Shown: positions 8,897 through 16,415 of the stretch, in pieces
How positions within the stretch are numbered: the stretch's first letter is position 1
Layout: the number at the start of each line of letters is the position of its first letter
Assembly (NCBI RefSeq): GCF_001017655.1
Contig: NZ_CP010904.1
Coordinates: 1,350,001 to 1,382,000, forward strand
Origin: Kiritimatiella glycovorans
GTDB lineage: Bacteria; Verrucomicrobiota; Kiritimatiellia; Kiritimatiellales; Kiritimatiellaceae
DNA length: 32,000 bases
Direction: 5' to 3'
The notes under the pieces: generated by a model
Told to the model about the DNA's origin: nothing
Databases searched by the model: none
What the model saw: the letters and a program-made list of their open reading frames with translations, nothing else
Made by a program: the position numbers and the translations under genes

Positions 8897-9160
8897 ATGA
8901 ATCACGTCCATCAACATGAATCCTGTGAGCGCGGGGGGTGTTCCTGCGGGGGGCAGCCCGGCGAGGACGCCCCGCGCGTCTGCGTGTGGCACAGCGCGGC
9001 GGCATTTCTGCTGCCGCTGCTGCTGGCGATCGCGGGGGCGGCGTTGACTCCTGCGGGGGCGGGCCTGGATGTGCTCGCTGCATTCGCCGGTCTCGCGGCG
9101 GGGGTCCTGACGGCGAGACTCTGCATCGGCCGCTTCAGCCGGGAGGGTCGTACCGCATGA
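8897..9160 (+). CDS. small Cys-rich two-TM membrane protein, RseC/MucC-like
   Basis: MNHVHQHESCERGGCSCGG... is followed by two hydrophobic helices (AAFLLPLLLAIAGAAL, LDVLAAFAGLAAGVLTARL). Its stop overlaps the rnfC ATG (ATGA at 9157-9160). RseC-like genes are known neighbours of rnf/rsx operons. Confidence 0.55.
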   Translation: MNHVHQHESCERGGCSCGGQPGEDAPRVCVWHSAAAFLLPLLLAIAGAALTPAGAGLDVLAAFAGLAAGVLTARLCIGRFSREGRTA

Positions 9161-10524
9161 TCGCGCTCCCCGAAAACGCCGGCGGCCGGGGCCGATTCGC
9201 TCGGGGCGTGCACCCGCCCGAACGGAAAGAGCTGGCCGAAGGTGCGCCGATCGAGCCCCTGCCCGCGCCGGAGCAGGTCGAGATCCCCGTGCTGCAGCAC
9301 GTCGGCGCCCCCTGCATCTCGAGCGTGAAGCCGAAGCAGGAGGTCGCGGAGGGCGATACGATCGCCGACTCGGAATCCTTCATCTCCGCGCCGGTCCATG
9401 CCTCCATCGCGGGCACGGTCGGCCGGGAGGGCGTGACCACCCTGCCGAACGGACGCCACGTGAATACGATCCCGGTCAAGCGGGGCGAAGCCCCGGCGGG
9501 GGACGGCGACCCGGTGCGGCGCATCCTGGGAGGGGACTGGAACGTCGACCCGGAGGAACACGATCCCGGTGCGTTGCCCGGCATAATTCGCGAGGCCGGG
9601 ATCGTCGGCCACGGCGGAGCGGCCTTCCCCACTTACGTAAAGGTGAAGCGCAACGGGGAAAAGCCCGTCGGCACCGTGCTGGTCAACGGCTGCGAGTGCG
9701 AACCGTACCTAGCCGCAGACCAGCGCCTGATGGAGGAGTATCCGGATCCCGTGATCGCCGGCGCGCGTCTGGCCGCGCGGGCCGCGGGCGCGACACGCAC
9801 CGTGATCGCAATCGAAGACAACAAACCGGACGCCGTCGCCTCTTTGCGGCGGGCCGCGGACGGCACGGGCGTGGAGATCGCCGTCGTGGAGACCCGCTAC
9901 CCCATGGGCGGCGAGAAACAGACGGTGCAGGCGGTGCTCGGCCGCACGATCCCCACCGGCGGCCTGCCGCTCGACGTGGGCGTCGTGGTGCTCAACGTCG
10001 GCACCTGTGCCGCCGTGGCGCGCGCCGTGCTGCGCGGCAACCCCGTCACTCACCGCATCCTCAGCGTCAGCGGGCGCGGCATACGCGAACCGAAAAACCT
10101 GCTCGTACCGATCGGAACGCCGTATCGGGCAATCATCGAACATTGCGGCGGGTTGAAGGAGGATACCGCGCGCGTGGTGGCCGGCGGGCCGATGATGGGA
10201 TTCGCCCTGCACGATCTCGATGTTCCGGTCACCAAGGGCACCAGCGGTGTGCTCGCGCTCACGGAGGCCGAGATACGCCGGCAGGAGGAGACGCGCTGCA
10301 TTCGCTGCGGTCGCTGCGTGGACGTCTGCCCGCTCAACCTCGTGCCCTCACGGCTGGGAATCGCGTCCCGCAAACAGCGGCTCGATATCGTGGAGCGGTA
10401 CGACATCAAGGCCTGCATGGAATGCGGCTGCTGCGGCTACATCTGCCCGGCCCGCATTCCGCTCGTCCAGCTCATCCGGATGGGCAAGAGCGAACTGATC
10501 AAACAGGAGCGCAGCGAATCGTGA
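9157..10524 (+). CDS. rnfC: Rnf electron-transport complex subunit C
   Basis: Typical RnfC N-terminus GVHPPERKELAEGAPIE...IPVLQHVGAPC, a GIVGHGGAAFPT nucleotide/FMN site, and two ferredoxin motifs CIRCGRCVDVCP / CMECGCCGYICP. ATG at 9157. Confidence 0.93.
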   Translation: MIALPENAGGRGRFARGVHPPERKELAEGAPIEPLPAPEQVEIPVLQHVGAPCISSVKPKQEVAEGDTIADSESFISAPVHASIAGTVGREGVTTLPNGRHVNTIPVKRGEAPAGDGDPVRRILGGDWNVDPEEHDPGALPGIIREAGIVGHGGAAFPTYVKVKRNGEKPVGTVLVNGCECEPYLAADQRLMEEYPDPVIAGARLAARAAGATRTVIAIEDNKPDAVASLRRAADGTGVEIAVVETRYPMGGEKQTVQAVLGRTIPTGGLPLDVGVVVLNVGTCAAVARAVLRGNPVTHRILSVSGRGIREPKNLLVPIGTPYRAIIEHCGGLKEDTARVVAGGPMMGFALHDLDVPVTKGTSGVLALTEAEIRRQEETRCIRCGRCVDVCPLNLVPSRLGIASRKQRLDIVERYDIKACMECGCCGYICPARIPLVQLIRMGKSELIKQERSES

Positions 10525-11501
10525 GCGCGCAGCCCTCCAGCGATCCGCAGAACACCCCCCGTCTGCACGTGGCCCCGGGTCCGCACCTGGTCGACCCGGC
10601 TCTGCATACAAGGCGAATGATGTGGGACGTGGTCGTCGCACTCGTGCCGCTCATGGCCGTGGCCCTGTGGGTGTTCCGGCTCTATGCGCTCAAACAGCTC
10701 GTGCTCTGCGGCCTGTTCGCCCTGCTGGCCGAAGCCGTGTTCGCGGCCATGCGCGGCCACCGCCCTACCCTTCGGGACGGATCCGGCCTCGTCACCGGCC
10801 TCATCCTCGGACTCTCGCTTCCCGCCACGGCCCCGTGGTTCGTATCGCTGATCGGCTCCTTTGCCGCGATAGGGATCGGGAAGGCGGCCTTCGGAGGACT
10901 CGGACAGAACCTGTTCAATCCCGCCATGGTCGGTCGCGCGTTCGTGATGATCGCCTTCCCCGCCCTGCTCGGCGCCTCGGCGTATGTCGATCCCGACAGC
11001 GCCGTCGCGGCCGTGACGGGCGCCACCCCGCTGACCTCGCTTCAGCAGGCCGGCGAGAGCACCCCGATCCTGAAACTCCTAATCGGCAACACCAACGGAT
11101 CGCTCGGCGAGACGAGCGCGCTGGCCTGCCTTCTGGGCGGAGCCTATCTGTGCGCGCGCCGAACGGCCTCGTGGGAACTCCCCGCCGGCGCGGGGGTCGC
11201 CGTGGCCGCCATCGCCCTGCTCCGGCAGTTCGGCGACGCCCCTTGGGGCCCGCTGCAGCACCTGAGCGGCGGCGCCTTCCTCTTCGGGGCCTTTTTCATC
11301 ATCACCGACCCCGTGTCGACGCCGCTGACCCCGAAGGGGAAGTGGATCTTCGGCCTCGGCTTCGGCGCCTTCGTCATGCTGCTGCGCTCGCTGAGCGGCT
11401 ACCCGGAAGGGGTGATGTTCGCCGTGCTGCTGATGAACGCTCTCACCCCGCTGATCAACCGGTGGACGAAACCCGTGCCGGTGGGTGGGGCGTGTCCGTG
11501 A
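10521..11501 (+). CDS. rnfD: Rnf complex subunit D (covalent-FMN membrane subunit)
   Basis: RnfD/NqrB-like polytopic protein with LFNPAMVGRAF, the TGATPL flavinylation motif and FFIITDPVSTP. The proposed GTG start at 10521 overlaps the rnfC stop (GTGA). An ATG alternative (MMWDVV) lies about 96 nt downstream. Confidence 0.88.
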   Translation: MSAQPSSDPQNTPRLHVAPGPHLVDPALHTRRMMWDVVVALVPLMAVALWVFRLYALKQLVLCGLFALLAEAVFAAMRGHRPTLRDGSGLVTGLILGLSLPATAPWFVSLIGSFAAIGIGKAAFGGLGQNLFNPAMVGRAFVMIAFPALLGASAYVDPDSAVAAVTGATPLTSLQQAGESTPILKLLIGNTNGSLGETSALACLLGGAYLCARRTASWELPAGAGVAVAAIALLRQFGDAPWGPLQHLSGGAFLFGAFFIITDPVSTPLTPKGKWIFGLGFGAFVMLLRSLSGYPEGVMFAVLLMNALTPLINRWTKPVPVGGACP

Positions 11502-11545
11502 GTGAGTGAGTGAGTGAGAAACCTGAGACTTGAAACTTGAGAAAG
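11498..11545 (+). repeat. (GTGA)x5 tetranucleotide repeat followed by four GARACYT-type heptamers
   Basis: Read directly: GTGA GTGA GTGA GTGA GTGA (11498-11517) then GAAACCT GAGACTT GAAACTT GAGAAAG (11518-11545). The rnfD stop TGA is the first TGA of the repeat. Confidence 0.9.
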
Positions 11546-11568
11546 AACCCGGAAATCCGAACCGCGGC

Positions 11569-12132
11569 ATGAAACAGACGGCCATATATTTTACTGAGGC
11601 GTGGCTCGTGCTCGGGCTCGCGCTGATCTTCGGCGCGGCGCTGGCGGGCGTCCAGACGGGGCTTCATCCGAAGATCGAAGCCAACAAGCGCGCGGAGACG
11701 ATGCGCCAGATCCCTTCGCTCGTCCCGGGCGCGAAGGAGAGCGAGCCGGCCGGTGAAGCCGGGCTGCGCGCGTGGCGGGCGCTCGGGGACGGCGGCGAGA
11801 CCGCCGGCTGGGTGGTGCTGGCGTCCGGACAGGGTTTTGCGGGACCGATCGAGCTGCTCGTCGGCGTGGACGCGGACCTCGACAAAATCACGGGGCTCTA
11901 CGTGCTCAGCCAGACGGAAACCCCCGGCCTCGGCAATAAAATCGCCGCGGAGGACTGGCGCGAGCAGTTCCGCGGCATGGACGCGCAAACCGGGCTCGAG
12001 GTGACCAAGCAGGAGGCCGGCCCGCATGAAATCCAGGCGATCACCGGTGCGACCATCTCTTCGCGGAGTGTGGTTCAGATCGTAAATAATACCCTGCGGC
12101 AGTTCAGAACCATAAAACAGGCGGGATCCTGA
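11569..12132 (+). CDS. rnfG: Rnf complex subunit G (FMN-binding)
   Basis: Single N-terminal TM helix (AWLVLGLALIFGAALAGV), GPIELLVGVD, ETPGLG and the ITGATISS flavinylation motif. I prefer the ATG at 11569. The ORF-track start at 11530 is a TTG inside the heptamer repeat. Confidence 0.85.
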   Translation: MKQTAIYFTEAWLVLGLALIFGAALAGVQTGLHPKIEANKRAETMRQIPSLVPGAKESEPAGEAGLRAWRALGDGGETAGWVVLASGQGFAGPIELLVGVDADLDKITGLYVLSQTETPGLGNKIAAEDWREQFRGMDAQTGLEVTKQEAGPHEIQAITGATISSRSVVQIVNNTLRQFRTIKQAGS

Positions 12133-12758
12133 TGAGCGACGGCCCCACACCCCTGGAACGGTTCATTAACGGGATCCTCCCGGAGAACCCCGTGTATCGT
12201 CAGTTGCTCGGGCTCTGCCCCACCCTGGCGGTCACGAACAGCATGAAGGCGGCGCTGACGATGTCCGGCGCGGTGCTGTTCGTGCTGTTCTGCGCGAACG
12301 TGCTCGTCAGCCTGATCCGCAGTCTGCTCAAACCGCACCTGCGCATTCTCGTGTTTACGCTCACCATCGCCACATTCGTGACCATCGCGGACAAGTTCAT
12401 CGCCGCGTTCATGTGGCCGATGAGCAAGGAACTGGGGCCCTACATCCCGCTGATCATCGTGAACTGCGCCATCATCAGCCGCTGCGAGATCTGCGCCTCC
12501 AAGCAGAACACGCGCACGGCGGCGATGGACGCGGTCGGCCAGGCGCTGGGCTTCACGCTCGCGCTCGCGAGCATCGCCACCGTGCGCGAGATCCTCGGCA
12601 ACGGGAGCTGGCTCGGCTTCAGCGTACTCCCCGACGCCTGGCCCAACTGGGTGCTGATGGTGCTCCCTCCGGGCGCGTTTCTGACGCTCGGATTCCTGAT
12701 GGCCGCCGTCAACTGGCTTACGATGAGCCAAAAGACGAAATCCGCAAACGAACCGTAA
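12132..12758 (+). CDS. rnfE: Rnf complex subunit E
   Basis: NPVYRQLLGLCPTLAVT and YIPLIIVNCAII are characteristic of RnfE/NqrD. The ATG overlaps the rnfG stop by 1 nt (TGATG). Confidence 0.93.
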   Translation: MSDGPTPLERFINGILPENPVYRQLLGLCPTLAVTNSMKAALTMSGAVLFVLFCANVLVSLIRSLLKPHLRILVFTLTIATFVTIADKFIAAFMWPMSKELGPYIPLIIVNCAIISRCEICASKQNTRTAAMDAVGQALGFTLALASIATVREILGNGSWLGFSVLPDAWPNWVLMVLPPGAFLTLGFLMAAVNWLTMSQKTKSANEP

Positions 12759-12770
12759 CCGGACCCGGAC

Positions 12771-13535
12771 ATGGAAACACTGACTACACTGATTCTGATC
12801 GCGGTCGGCGCGGCGCTGATCAACAACTTCGTGCTGCACTACTTCGTCGGTCTCTGCCCGTTCGTCGGCGTCTCGAGACGGCTCGACACGGCCTTCGGGA
12901 TGGGGCTGGCGGTGACGTTCGTGATCACGATCGCCTCGCTGCTGAGCTGGACGCTCACCTTCTACGTCCTCCGTCAGGGCGCGCCGGTAACGGCGTGGAT
13001 CGGAGGGTTTTTCCTGTCGCCCGACCGGGCGGCGGAGATCGACCTGACGATTCTGAACTACATCGTCTACATCTTCGTGATCGCCTCCTCGGTCCAGTTC
13101 GTCGAGATGTACGTGCGCCGGTTCTTCCCCCCGCTCTACAAGGCGTTCGGGGTCTACCTGCCGCTGATCACCACCAACTGCGCGATACTTTTCGCCTGTC
13201 TGGAGATTATGAAGCACGTTTCGGGGGCCTCCTCGCCCGCGGAGATGTGGGGGTTGCATGAGGCCCTGACGCTCGCGGTCTTCGGGGGGCTCGGCTTCAC
13301 GCTGGCGATCGTGATCATGGCGGGCATCCGCGAGGAACTCGACCTGTGCGATGTACCCGCCCCGCTGCAGGGACCGCCCATCGCCATGATCGTCGCCGGC
13401 ATCCTCGCCCTCGCCTTCACCGGCTTCACCGGAGTCGATCGCGGCCTGGAAGAAGCCCTGCGGCCGGAGAAAAACGAAACCGCGCAGACGGCGCGCTCGG
13501 AGAGCGCGCCCTACCCTCACGAGGTGAGCCGATGA
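12771..13535 (+). CDS. rnfA: Rnf complex subunit A (with C-terminal extension)
   Basis: [18 protein letters not shown] and [16 protein letters not shown] are characteristic of RnfA/NqrE. About 30 extra hydrophilic residues lie at the C-terminus and one longer internal loop is present. Confidence 0.92.
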   Translation: METLTTLILIAVGAALINNFVLHYFVGLCPFVGVSRRLDTAFGMGLAVTFVITIASLLSWTLTFYVLRQGAPVTAWIGGFFLSPDRAAEIDLTILNYIVYIFVIASSVQFVEMYVRRFFPPLYKAFGVYLPLITTNCAILFACLEIMKHVSGASSPAEMWGLHEALTLAVFGGLGFTLAIVIMAGIREELDLCDVPAPLQGPPIAMIVAGILALAFTGFTGVDRGLEEALRPEKNETAQTARSESAPYPHEVSR

Positions 13536-14437
13536 TTGTAATACTCCTCGCCTCGCTGATCATGGTGCTGCTCGCCTGTCTGATGGCCTGGATTCTCGGC
13601 TGGGCGAACCGCGCGTTTCACGTCGAAGTCGATCCGCGCGTGAGCGCGGTGCTCGACGCACTGCCCGGCGCGAATTGCGGCGCGTGCGGGTACGTGGGAT
13701 GCGGCGAATACGCCGAGGCGGCCGCCTCGGGCGAGGCCCCCCCGGATCTCTGTCCGGTCGGCGGTGATTCATGCGCGCAGGCGGTCGCGGAAATCCTGGG
13801 CATCGAGGTCGGACAGAAACTCCCGTTCCGCCCGGTCGTTCACTGCGGGGCGACGTATGATAAACGCCTGATCCACAGCGAATACCGGGGAGAGCCATCC
13901 TGCCGGTCCGCGAATCTGGTGGGCGGCGTACAGGCTTGTACGTATGGATGTCTCGGATTCGGGGACTGCGAGCGGAGCTGTCCGTTCGACGCGATTCACG
14001 TGATCGACGGCCTGGCCCGGGTCGATTACGAAAAGTGCACCGGCTGCGGGGCCTGCGCCCGGGTCTGCCCGCGGAACATCATTCACATGATCCCGTTCAA
14101 GTCCGAGCGAGTGATGGTGGTCGCCTGCTCCAACCACGACCCGGGCAAATACGTCCGGCAGGTCTGCAAGGTCGGGTGTATCGGGTGCGGGATGTGCGCG
14201 CGCAAATCGGACCTGTTCAGGGTCGAAGACAACCTCGCGCACATCGATTACGATCAGTACGATCCTGAATCGATGGATGAGGCGCAGCTCGCGCTTGAGA
14301 AATGCCCGATGAACGGCATCCTCTACATCGGCGAGCCGGGGCCGGAAGAGCTCGAACAGACCGACGGCGAGGACGTGGGCGAGCCGGTGCGCGACGAGTT
14401 TCAGACGACGGTCGACGACACCGAGTGGCACGGATAA
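13532..14437 (+). CDS. rnfB: Rnf complex subunit B, polyferredoxin type
   Basis: N-terminal TM anchor [24 protein letters not shown], the RnfB motif [16 protein letters not shown]...CP, then several CxxCxxCxxxCP 4Fe-4S motifs ([20 protein letters not shown]...). The ATG at 13532 overlaps the rnfA stop (ATGA). Confidence 0.9.
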   Translation: MIVILLASLIMVLLACLMAWILGWANRAFHVEVDPRVSAVLDALPGANCGACGYVGCGEYAEAAASGEAPPDLCPVGGDSCAQAVAEILGIEVGQKLPFRPVVHCGATYDKRLIHSEYRGEPSCRSANLVGGVQACTYGCLGFGDCERSCPFDAIHVIDGLARVDYEKCTGCGACARVCPRNIIHMIPFKSERVMVVACSNHDPGKYVRQVCKVGCIGCGMCARKSDLFRVEDNLAHIDYDQYDPESMDEAQLALEKCPMNGILYIGEPGPEELEQTDGEDVGEPVRDEFQTTVDDTEWHG

Positions 14438-14440
14438 GTA

Positions 14441-14458
14441 AGTCAGGCCCTCCTGACT
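14441..14458 (+). terminator. short stem-loop just after the rnfB stop (no U-tract)
   Basis: AGTCAGG-CCCT-CCTGACT is a 7-bp stem. It is embedded in TAAGTAAG...CTGACTGA, which places stops in several frames. There is no downstream T-run, so terminator function is uncertain. Confidence 0.3.
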
Positions 14459-14464
14459 GACCTC

Positions 14465-14493
14465 AAAAAAAGGGGCGGTGCCGCCACCGCCCC
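14465..14493 (-). terminator. Rho-independent terminator of the PEP-CTERM gene
   Basis: The minus strand reads GGGGCGGTG-GCGG-CACCGCCCC followed by TTTTTTT. This is a 9-bp GC stem, a 4-nt loop and a 7-U tail, about 25 nt downstream of the stop at 14518. Confidence 0.8.
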
Positions 14494-14517
14494 TCCCCGT
14501 CTGATCGACCGAGGGAA

Positions 14518-15381
14518 TTACCAGTCGAGGGAAACGTATTCCTTTTCACACCGGTTGCAGTGATGTCGGCTCACATACGGCATGACCGACATCCACCACG
14601 TCGGCGGTGCAGCGCAGTGCTCCTTGGACCCACAGCGCGGGCAGTCCCGGCTCAACGTGCGCTCCACCGGCCCCGTCGCATAAGCCGGCTCCATCTGCGC
14701 TACGTAGTCTTCGAGCTCGGAAGCGTTTGAACGACGGCGACGGCGCAGCATAAGCCTGCGCAGCGCGATCAGCAGCATCGAACCCGGACCGAAAATCAGC
14801 GCCGTAGCCGGTTCGGGGACGACCGCAAAGGTCGTCTGGCGGTCCGAGCCGCCCGTGAAGTAAAATTCGTCCGGAACGCCAAGCTCACTGTATGTAAAGG
14901 TGTGCGTGGCGGACTCCCAGTAATAGACGTCGTCTATATCCGCGTAATCAAGGTCCGAAAGAAGGGCATTGGTGCCCTTGGTGACATACGCCGTATTGGC
15001 CACATTAAAAACACGAACATAATACGTTCCATTCTCCGCTTCCGTGTCTACGGTCGAGTCTACCAACTTGAACTCATTGGACTGTGTTCCAAGGGCTGGT
15101 CCCCCGTAGGAATAGGTAACGCTGACCACGAAGTCGTCATCGGTAACGCCTGTGGTAGACAACTGATTGGTCGCAAAGAAATCGGGTGTCCCGTCCGGGC
15201 CCGTATTGATTAATTGAGCAAAAGCCCCTTGAGTCCCATCTGATTCGCTGTACGGAATGTTAGCGCCGTTATAATTCATTATCTGGTGGTTTCCGGAGCC
15301 CCACTGAAGCACCAGATTGGCATTCGCGACCATCGAAAAACCTACGACTACCACAAGACACGACATCAATCTCGCCTTCAT
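14518..15381 (-). CDS. PEP-CTERM sorting-domain protein with extra C-terminal zinc-ribbon-like tail
   Basis: Signal peptide MKARLMSCLVVVVGFSMVANA. The PEP-CTERM signal VPEPATALIFGPGSMLLIALRRLMLRRRRR is encoded at 14731-14820. It is followed by 70 further residues containing CPRC...CNRC. The ATG at 15381 is preceded by GGAGGAGG. Confidence 0.8.
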   Translation of the reverse strand: MKARLMSCLVVVVGFSMVANANLVLQWGSGNHQIMNYNGANIPYSESDGTQGAFAQLINTGPDGTPDFFATNQLSTTGVTDDDFVVSVTYSYGGPALGTQSNEFKLVDSTVDTEAENGTYYVRVFNVANTAYVTKGTNALLSDLDYADIDDVYYWESATHTFTYSELGVPDEFYFTGGSDRQTTFAVVPEPATALIFGPGSMLLIALRRLMLRRRRRSNASELEDYVAQMEPAYATGPVERTLSRDCPRCGSKEHCAAPPTWWMSVMPYVSRHHCNRCEKEYVSLDW

Positions 15382-15416
15382 TGCCCCTCCTCCTCTTGTC
15401 ATCGTTAATGGTTTAT

Positions 15417-16199
15417 CTATTCAGCTTGCAGATCATAGGGGCGCTCTTCGACCCAATCAAAGGCGGACGCTCCTCGACTCCTGTACCAGAATCCCTGTCC
15501 CATGCCGACAACATTGGTCGCGACCTCGGCCTTATCCCGGTCTATCCATTTGAGCTGAAATTCCGCACCATAGGAGTCGTCGGCCAACCAGAATGATTTG
15601 TAGCCACCCTCGCCCGGCACATAAAGATAGATAGTGTCGGCGGTACTGATATCTTCACCTGCCAGACCGTTGGTCAGGCTCATCTCATTCAGCGACTGAT
15701 CGCAGCTGAACGGATAGGAAACAAGCTGGACGCCAGGCACTATCGTGTTTGTCACGGCACCGTCCGCCACGACTTCACCGACGAACACCAGCTCGTTTGA
15801 TGTTGCCGCACGGCTTTTGTACCAAAGAGCGGCTTCAGAAGTAAATTCATTCGTCGCCACAATGGACTGGTCATGATCAATCCACTTCCGCTGAAACTCC
15901 GCACCATAACTGTCGTCGGCCAGCCAGAACTCCTTATAGCTCGTCGCTTCGGGCGTATAGGCGTATACTACATCTGCATTGCTGATATCATTGCCCGCCA
16001 CACCGTTCGTCCCCACGATCTCCGCGAGGGTATTGGTGCCATTGACGAACGGGACGCCGACGATTTGAACGCCCGGTTCCGTATTTTCGCGCACAAACCC
16101 GACGATATTTTCAGAGACGACCACATCCTGGGCGCTCGAGATTCCGGCCACCAGAATCAGCGCAAGTGAAGTGGCAGAGAGCATCCTTTTCCTGTGCAT
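15417..16199 (-). CDS. secreted protein of unknown function, two tandem ~115-aa repeats
   Basis: Signal peptide MHRKRMLSATSLALILVAGISSAQD. The two halves share ...NG.AG.DIS.AD..Y.Y.P......FWLADDSYGAEFQ.KWID.D...ATN......WY.SR.... GGGAGGTG precedes the ATG at 16199. Confidence 0.7.
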   Translation of the reverse strand: MHRKRMLSATSLALILVAGISSAQDVVVSENIVGFVRENTEPGVQIVGVPFVNGTNTLAEIVGTNGVAGNDISNADVVYAYTPEATSYKEFWLADDSYGAEFQRKWIDHDQSIVATNEFTSEAALWYKSRAATSNELVFVGEVVADGAVTNTIVPGVQLVSYPFSCDQSLNEMSLTNGLAGEDISTADTIYLYVPGEGGYKSFWLADDSYGAEFQLKWIDRDKAEVATNVVGMGQGFWYRSRGASAFDWVEERPYDLQAE

Positions 16200-16415
16200 C
16201 AGGCACCTCCCGGGAGAGTATTTACTGCTTCGTCTTTATTAAGGGCTGATCGAGTCGATTTTGTCAAGCAGGTTTGTTTTTTTCGGGAAGGCTTTTTCCA
16301 TCAGCAGCTTTTGAATTTCCGGAAAACGCTTTTTTAACGAAAAACAGGCCTCATCAATATTGACATTTTGTTATTCACGAAGCCATGTTTGCATTACAAC
16401 CATGGGGAGGATGTC

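Noticed and set aside
15417-16199. Possible diversity-generating retroelement template/variable repeat pair, because two ~340-nt-spaced segments are similar at the DNA level.
   Set aside because: The differences between the copies are not restricted to adenine positions, both copies lie inside one ORF as a protein-domain duplication, and there is no reverse transcriptase gene nearby.
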